From Candidatus Omnitrophota bacterium (lineage in GTDB: Bacteria > Omnitrophota > Gorgyraeia > Tantalellales > Tantalellaceae), in assembly GCA_015231405.1 (NCBI GenBank), contig JADGBR010000005.1, positions 40,034 to 104,033 of the forward strand: DNA of 64,000 bases. Reading direction: 5' to 3'. Every line of letters starts with the position of its first letter. Positions within the stretch are counted from its first letter, which is position 1. Position numbers and translations under genes: made by a program. Of this stretch, positions 12,301 to 21,300 are shown one piece after another. The notes under the pieces are model-generated. The model did not search any database. It was not told the origin of the DNA and worked only from the letters and a program-made list of their open reading frames with translations.

Positions 12301-15300
12301 TCTAGTCGTTCCACTGCATCTGGTAAAAGCGTACCTCTCCCCGTTATACAGCACCGACCCGCGTTCGGTCTCCCAATTTTTAAGCCCGAATATCAAGTTC
12401 AAAGCCAGCTCGAACTCTTCGGCGGTCGGCATTTTCCCGTCCCCTGTGATGCCGTTCACATAAGCCTCAACTTCCCGATCAATGACCGCCGGGTCGATCA
12501 CGACCGGCGGCATAACGGGCTTGGCGGCCATCGCTTTACATCCTTCCGAAAGGAGGCTTAAGAGCCAAGGATAAGCTTTCTCGATACCATCCAGAAGACT
12601 AGCGCTCCATCCGGTTCCTCCGAACAACACCCGTCCCAATTCGTCAAAACTGAGCTCGATCGACCCCGCGTTTACAGGCCTCGTAAATTCGCCATGAAAA
12701 AGGTACGGGGCTAGTTCAATATCGTAACGGAGCGGTGTCCCCGGAATATGATCCGCGTCTAAAGAGTCCGCCAACATGAGCTGGACCACGTATCCCGGAC
12801 CATTCTCACCCCTGTCTTCGGGGTACCACATCCATGAGATCTCGGTCATCACTTTTTGTTTACCGTCATATTTGACCGAACCCGGTAATTTTTCTGAGTC
12901 CCAGCCTGTCTGGCCGGAGGCTTTCCCGGTCATAGCCGCATTAGCGCCCGGAATTGACACCCCCGTATCGAGCTGATCAAGAATGTATCCTCCGCCGGTT
13001 GGCAAGGGACCGTCCTGGTGTTCAATGCCGTATACTTTATGAAAAAAGGGGATGGCTGAGCTCCTCTTTATTTTTCCCGGGATATATCCCGCCAGGCTAT
13101 TTTTTCCAAGATATGAGCTCATAATTACCCAGGCCATCAGGAACCCGATAGCCCCGATACCCATGACCAGTAAGTAAGTATTCGGGACCATTAATAGAGC
13201 GAGAGCCGGTATCGCGGCGGGTTTAAGTTTTCGAAGGACCCGGACGGCACTGTCGGGGTCGTCCCTCATCCTCATGATAAGCCCTGCCGCCGGGAATGCG
13301 GTGAGTATGAACCCTATTCCTATGGCGGCCTTTTCGAACAATTCGGGTGAATAGTTGTAAGAAAGCGACAGCGCTACCGTCAGGATAACCGTAAGTACGA
13401 TGCCGTTCAGAAGATCGAGACGCGTTACACCCCCGCGACGGAATGAGCCTCCGGTCCGGATGACAGGCGGCTTTTCTCTTTTTTCGGAAGCCAGCCATTT
13501 TTTCAACTGGATAACTGCCAATACGAACGATCCCAGCTCGACCGCCGTAACGACAGCGTTGATGAAGAACCCCCTAAGCGACATGCCGTATCCGTGCCGG
13601 TTTTTTTTGTGTTTAGCTCTCGCTGAACGGTCGGCGAGTTTTTTCAGCCATACCATGAAGACCATACCGATCATCATGGGACCGATAACTGGTCCTCTCG
13701 CGTTTCTAGCTTCGCCGGGTATCGGTGCCGTTTTCTCGATCGCCGAGAGTATACGGCCAGGCAGGCTTTTCGTTTTCTCTTCGGTCGTTTCGCATACCGC
13801 GCAATTCCGTTTCCTTCGATCGCTCGTAAAAATTCCCCAGTTCTGCTCGGGTAGGCCGGAATATCCCATATATCCGCCCACGCCGGTCTTCCTGGCAAAA
13901 GCGATATCCCTTGCCGCCCGGTCCCCGGTATGACCTGCCGCGGGAGCGGTATTTTTAAAATGATCGTCTCCTTCGGCGATATTCATCAACCCTAGATATT
14001 TCATCGAGTCATCGTATCTGCCGGAGACCATTTTATTGAAATATTTCGGATCGAATTGACCGTGGGTCATATCTATAAAAACGGCTTTTTTTCCGCCAAG
14101 CCAGACCACGGTAACAACATGCCCTGTCCCTTTTTTCCGGCTCTCCGGAAGCTCTCCTGTCCCGGGCCTTAAAACCATCTCCATCTCTACCCTGTTCGGA
14201 GATACTCCGTCCATGGCTAAACCCAGGCGCCCGGCAAGCACATGCGCCATGGTATATGCCCCGCCCTCGCAAGAACCCGGATCAGCAGGATAAATCTTCC
14301 TAAAGGCCTCAAAAAACACAGGCGCTATTTTTTCGCATTCATCCAGCACCCTTTCGGCATCGATTACGCCGGGATCAACGTTCTTTCTTTTTGGGCGCGG
14401 CGCCTCGCTTGTCTTACCGCCGCGCTGGATCCATAGAACCGCGCCCGCGATGAGCGCTATAGATACTTGCGGCAAGTAGTTTGCCATGGCTGAACATATC
14501 ACCGCCGGTCCTCCGGGAACTACCATACAAAAAGCCGATATCGCTGACGACAGAACTATGATCCCAAGCATGATCAACGTGGGCCCGATCACAGGACTTC
14601 TGCTAGAGGCAACGGTATTCTCTACATTCCCCGGCTTGAAAACGGCGACAATACGATCCCTTTCCGGCCCAAGATCCTTTTTACTTATGACAAGAACCCG
14701 GTCCTTGTATTCCGGTTCGATTTCTCCGTATACGAGATCGATGCAGATATCATCGTCTATCTTTACCATATAACGGCCATGCCTATTGCCCCCAAGGTCC
14801 TTCACATCAGCTCTCGCCAGGGCGACAACATGTCCGGGAAAGGTGTTCGCCAGGACAGTAGCCAGATTATAGTTAGCCTCATAATTCAGCTCGTCATATG
14901 GGGGGAGCGGATATAAGGTCTCCGGCGCATACAGGGCTTCCGACAGCTCTTCCAGGACTTCGCTAAATACCCACTCTGAGCCTGAATTGAGCGCCGAGCT
15001 CAGTTCTTCGATATCAATATCGTCTTTATGGACCTTCCTCAGTAAACCACCGAGCATCCCCCTTAACCTGATCCGGCCCAATAAGACATCCTGGTCCTTC
15101 GAGAAGAACGCCTCTCGCTCAGATTTGGAATGAGCCAGCCATTCGACATCTGCCTCCGGCCGATCGACCAGCTTGTCCGTATCCGCTACCCTGAACACAA
15201 GCGTCGGATATATGTTGATATGTTCCCAGCCGTGTTTCGCATAGCTGTAACCCCACCCGTGCCGGATATCTACCATCCCTTCGGCTTTCATCCCCAGGGT

Positions 15301-18300
15301 GAACGCGTCGTGGATAAGTTTCCTGGTCTCGCCGATATCACCCAGACTATCCGGCTCGCTGCCGCCGCTCGCTATGATCCACCTTATGCCGGAGAATTTT
15401 TCCCTGATATCTTTTATCAGGCTTTCCCTTTTCGAAGCCAACAGCCCTTTCCCACGCTCTGATTCCGGCACCCAATCACCAAAGAAAAATTTTGGGTCAC
15501 TTCTCATCGCTTCAACGATCTCGGTAGTGCTCGCGTCGTAATATCCCATGGCGAAATGACGCAGACTGTACGACAGTACGGCTTCGTTAAATGTCTCCTC
15601 CGTGATATGACGGACACTCGCGTAATAGACCCTTGCCTTATTACCGTTTCCGTTAAGCGCGAGGTTGAGACCGATAAGGTCCATTGTTGCCGGGAGGACC
15701 GTACTATCCGCAGGCGATGAGACATTTTTTGTATCTATATCCTGCCGGTCGTTCTCGATAACGACAACGTCCTTCGCGCCCAGTAATAGTGCCGCGTTGG
15801 CCATGATACCGTTACGGGATAAAGCGTCGATGTAAGTGCGGCCCCGAATGATCTCCCTATTGGCCTGTAAGGCTATAAGCTGGCCGACGGCGCCCGCCAG
15901 GTAATAATAACCCTCGGGGGTACGGGGGTGATAAGTATACGGCCACCATCCGCCTTCACCGTACTTAGTCGCCTCTTCAAACATCCTTATGGCATAAGGA
16001 TACCTGGCCAGGAGACGGTCCAACAGTTCTTTGCGCCTCATCCCGGGCATCTTCCCGCCCGAACCCTTTCCCATCGCTTTTTCGTTTTCATCCCATGGTT
16101 TAAGCCCGTAATTAACGGCAAAGATCTCCCCGGCCCTGAAATATACCGGACCCTTATTATTGTTCTCGGACTGGAACATGGTATACGGATATTCTTCTTC
16201 CAGATAACGCGCGGTCCCCCGCGTTATCTGATCTTCTTCGACGCCGAATATTACAAGAAGTGCATTCTCGAACTCATCCGGCGTTATCGAGTGTCCCGGA
16301 GCAAGATATCCCTCCACTTCCTTTTCACCTTCGGACATATCCGGAAAAAGCTTGTTGACGATCTCCTCTGCCGTTTTCCGTTCGACCTTTGTCAGGTCGA
16401 AGAAAGAGTACCACCCTTTTTTGGGCCTTGTCCCCTCTAGCGCCGTGATCAGGTCTTCCCTCGTAAGCCCTATTTTACCCAGATCCGTCTCTACTCCGGC
16501 ATTCCTGGCTATAGCGAAAAGATCTTCCGGCTGTATGACGTCGGAACGCATCCTGGTGTAAATATAAGACATGATGAGCGTCGTGATACCGATCATCTCG
16601 CCGTGAAGGATCTTCCTGCCTCTGGTCAATTTTTCCAGGGTCTCAGCGAGAATATGCTCTGATCCTGTCCTGGGCCTCTCGGACCCGAATTCCGTTATTA
16701 ACGCAGCGCTCCTCGCGTTCAGGTACGTTATGGCTTTTAGCCCTTCCTTGCCGCCGGAACGTATGGCCGGAGCGGATTTCACAAGGTCACGCAATAATTC
16801 CTCGGTTTTACGCCTTACCGCCTCATCCTCCCTTTCTCCCTCCGACAGAGCAAGTCTCCAGTCGTTAAGCGCGACCCAGCCGGACATGAGCCCCCCTGCC
16901 CCGGCCGTATTGCCTCTCGGGTTCAACGATATGAAATCAGGATCAACAACGACTTTACGCGGCGCGTATGTTGCGGCGCTGTACAGGGTATAATTGCCTC
17001 CGTCACGGTCTTCGTCACGGATAATGGCGTTTCCCGTAAATGGGGCGTTTGTCGATAACGCGCTCGGAATGATGACAACATCGGCGGAGAATTTTTTTCC
17101 TATCAGTTTCGCCCAATCCGTAACTGAACCGAGCCCTATCCCGACGACCAGTTCCGGATAATTGTGCCCGGATCCTTCCGTTCCGGGATAAGATCCTTTC
17201 GCTATCTCCTCGGCTTTATCAAAATAGCTCCCTTCCCCGAACCTCTCCTTATCGATATGCCTGAAATTCACGTCTTCGACATCCATGGCTCGCGAAAGCA
17301 ACTCATCCTTACCGGGAAAGACCCATTTTTCCATCTGTGCGCGGACAAGCGGCGAGGTCACGACAATGAACCTCTTTTCACTACCGCCACGGAGCAGTCC
17401 TTTTAAATATTTTTCGGCGGCATTTGCGCCTGTTTCAACTTCAGGGGCGTACATTTCTTTCTCGCCCGGGTAACGCCTTCTCCTCGCCTCAGCCTTAACG
17501 TCGTCATAAGGTTTAAGGAGTTCTTCATACCTCGCCGCCATCCGCTCCCGGCGCGTATCACGGGTGGCGTTGCCCGGGGCATACCCTTCACCGCTCGTCA
17601 AGCCCTTCTCACTCAGTTCATTTTTAATACCCATTATTTCCGCGTTACCTTCTGTATGACCGGCGGCATAAGCCGCTTCGACCCTTAGATTAAAAGCGTC
17701 ATCGGTGCTGCCTGCCAGGGACATCGCCTCATGCACAATGGCGGCCCCCCTTCTATCATCGCGGCAGCTCGCCGAGATATTTATCCCGTATGTCGCGCTC
17801 GCGTGAGCGTCGAATAGCGGCGGCAGGCCATGATCCGCCTCAAGGACATTGACCTTCCCCTCCTCGATATACCCCAGGAGTATTCCCCAGATATCCGCCC
17901 TTCCAAGCACATCGGTAAAAAAGTCTTTTATCTTCGACAGCGTCTCCCGGTCGTCGTACCTGAAATGGCGTTTGCCGGCAGCTTCGGCCCCGGCGGCGTA
18001 AAACCCGGCTATATACTCATCGATAAGGATATCGTGCAGTTCCAATTTAACGCGGTGATCTATCCCCGGGGCTGAAAGAACTGAACGGTAAGCATCAGAC
18101 TCTTTGATGTTGTTCTTTCCGAGAATAGCCTTTACCCTTTCGACCTGGTCATCCGAATACATCGGTTCTTCACAACGGCCATCCCGTCCTTCTCTCATGA
18201 GATCACGGAAGGTCACAAGATGCGCGCATTCCCTGAATTTAGCAAGATCTCGTTCCTTCTGGGCCTCACCGGCCAGGGACGTATCAACTTCCGCGTATTC

Positions 18301-21300
18301 CGTGGCCGACAGGAACTCCGTCACCGCGTCAGACGTGCCGGCATACCCCAGCCCCACACCATCCTGCTCATCATCGCCGCTATTAAATACACCTATCAGT
18401 TTTCCTCGGACATACACGGGAACGCCGCATGAACCCCACCTGTTGCAGGCTGGGTTATAAATGATAATGGTTTCATGCCTATCCCCAACCCATCTGGTTA
18501 TTTCGGCTTCAGTGTCTACGGCCCTGATCGTCTTGGCCGCCCGGGCTATGTCCCTGGCTGCTTCTTCGTATTCGGCTAATACGACTACCGCGTCACCCCG
18601 TTCGGTCTCTCCTGGTTCGCTCGTATAAGGCAGCTCGTCAGTACCGGCTATCGGCAAAATGTCAAAATGCCTGATGGGGTTTTCCGGGTATAATTTTATC
18701 AAGCTTAGGTCTTTATTTTTACTATGAACATATTTTACGATCTCACCGCAGATCTCTCTGCCATGGAATGAAGCTTTGACCTTCTGCCCGACCTTGGCGC
18801 CGTGGCCTACGGAAAGGACATAGACCTCCTGCCTGTGCTCTATTTCGACGGTAGCTAGTATGGTCCCCTGATACACCTCGGGTGACTCAAGCTCATGATC
18901 CTCAAGCGTTATTAACCTCTCCAGCATTTCGTCGCGCGTGATACCGCCCTCGAACGTTTCTGACGTCTCTTCAGCCTCTTCCGGGTCAGCCGTTTTTTCC
19001 AAAGCCTCGAGTATCCCCTCCATGAACCCCAGGATCTCGAGATCCCGGTTGATCCTGTCTCTTTCATCCATCATGTTCCATGGGACCTTCTTCATGTTCT
19101 CAAGCACCCAGCGAACACCCGATAGAGACTCGATCCCTTCCAAAAGATACGACGAATACGGCAGGATATCACCCATATAGTTCTGATGGCCCGAATGGAA
19201 TCCCAGACTCCACCGGCTGGCATAGCCAAGATCCTTATACCCATTCAGAAAGCCTTTGATCCCGAGTTTCGGCTGGGTGATGGTCTTCAGTGTCACACCC
19301 CATTCCATGAACTGCCACCAGAACTGGTCCTCCTTCCTGTCCAGAACTTCGAGTATATGCCCGGCCTCGTGCATCCAGTCTTTTTTCTCCTCTAGAAGTC
19401 TACGGGCTTTTCTCTTCCCGTCCGCGTAGGCTGAAAAATTCTGCGGCGGGTCCTCGTCCATATTGAGTAGGACAAACTCGCCCGAATCCATGCTGTGGCT
19501 TATGAACTTGTCGGTTCCTACCCTGCCGAATTTCTTCGTGAAGTAATTCCAGGAGTCCCCATGGAGCGGGGTTATCTTTATGGAATCGCCTTCCCTGTAA
19601 GGCCGCGAGTTCCCTATAGTATTGTGGTTTGAAAAATTATAACTATTCCAGAGGTCACGCGGCATCGCTATCCCTATACCGCCCTCCGCCAGGGCGTATT
19701 TATGCATTTCTTTGAGAAAATTCAAGATGAGTTCTTCGCCGTCAAATACTGGCGACTCTATGGTGTCTACCGTCAGCACTTTTTCACCTTTATCGTTCTT
19801 TCCCCACACGAGCCCTATCCATCCCACAAGCTGGCCCTTACGGTAGACAAAATATCCCAGGGCGTCTTCCTGGTAAGCACGCATAAAACCAAGGCCCTTA
19901 TCCATATCGAAAGAACAGTCATCTATGCCTGCCCGGCCCTGGAACGTTCCGAGGAACCCGACCGGGATGAGATCGAAAGTGTGCTTCACGACGGTATCGA
20001 CGAATTTCGCTTTTTCATATTCTTTGTAGAACACTTCCGAAAGGGCGAGCAGTTCAGCTTTTACCTCGGCGCCTCCGCCAAGCCCATTTCCTAGTGTTTC
20101 CAACGCATCCCGGGCATTATCCTCATAAAGGACTTTCAGATACTGCATTTTTTCGGATATATCCTCTCCCTGGCCCCGGGTTATCATGTCAAGAATTCCT
20201 GGCCTTTCCAGTACCGCCGCGATCACTACATCCCGCATAACAACTAGGCATTTATCTTTAAGCGCCGGGTCCACGATACGCCTCGCCGCAAGCTCGTACG
20301 CAGCGCGGTAGACGAATTCCTTGTTCGCCATTAGCTCTTCACGCATATCTTCCTCTGAACGGCTTTTCATCGCTTCCGTAACATATGCCCTTTTGCCATC
20401 ACCCTGTATTTTCCCAGCCTCCTCATACTTGAACAGGTAGTACAGATTCCTCACGGATAGTCTTTTATGCCCGGGGAAATATTCCGAGAGTATGGACAGG
20501 TCATCCACTTTCCTTTTTAAGTCCATGAGCCGAGAGACATGCGTCTCTATGGTCCGGGAAGAAACTTCGCTAGTGTTCAGCTCCCTGACGCCGGACGCGC
20601 CGACTTCGAGCGGCTTAAGCTTATTGCGTTTATTGAATATGTCTTTAAAATTCGAGCCATCAGGCGCGCCGTACGTGATATCCCTTACCGGAGCCATATG
20701 CGTGTCGTATTCGCCCTTCGTCATCGACACCCCGGCCAGCTTCGCCCCGAGATAAGCGTAAAAATTATCGCTGTCGTTCTTAATATCAAAACCGTCGTTC
20801 ATTGCCTTCCACGCTTTTGCTTCAAGGCCGCGAAGATATTCGTCCGCGGACGCATATTCGAGACATTTCTCCATTAATATCCTGTCATCCATGGGTAACC
20901 CGTGTTTAATGAAGAATTTTACGACCTTCGCCCCGGCATCGCCGAAACTGAAACCCTCCGCCCCTATGACGCGAGCCATAAGCCGGCCGTTCCCCCTATA
21001 GCTGAAGTCCTTTTCGTATTCATATTCCGGAGCGAGGAGGTGCAGGGGGCGCTTACCCTTTTCAAGGAGGTCAGCGCAGAGTTCCGAAAGCGAGTCATAG
21101 AAATCGCCCCTATTCGGATGCTCGCCGCGCATATTCTCGAGCGCCTTGTAAAACGACCCGACCCGCTCTGGGAGGCCTTGCTCGATAAGCGCCTTGTTCA
21201 TGGAAAATAGCCCGCTTATCCAGGCAGACTCTTTTAACCTGATCTTGTAATTCTCGGCCATCCACCCCCGATATTTGGCATCCTCCGTCTCGAGGTTTTT

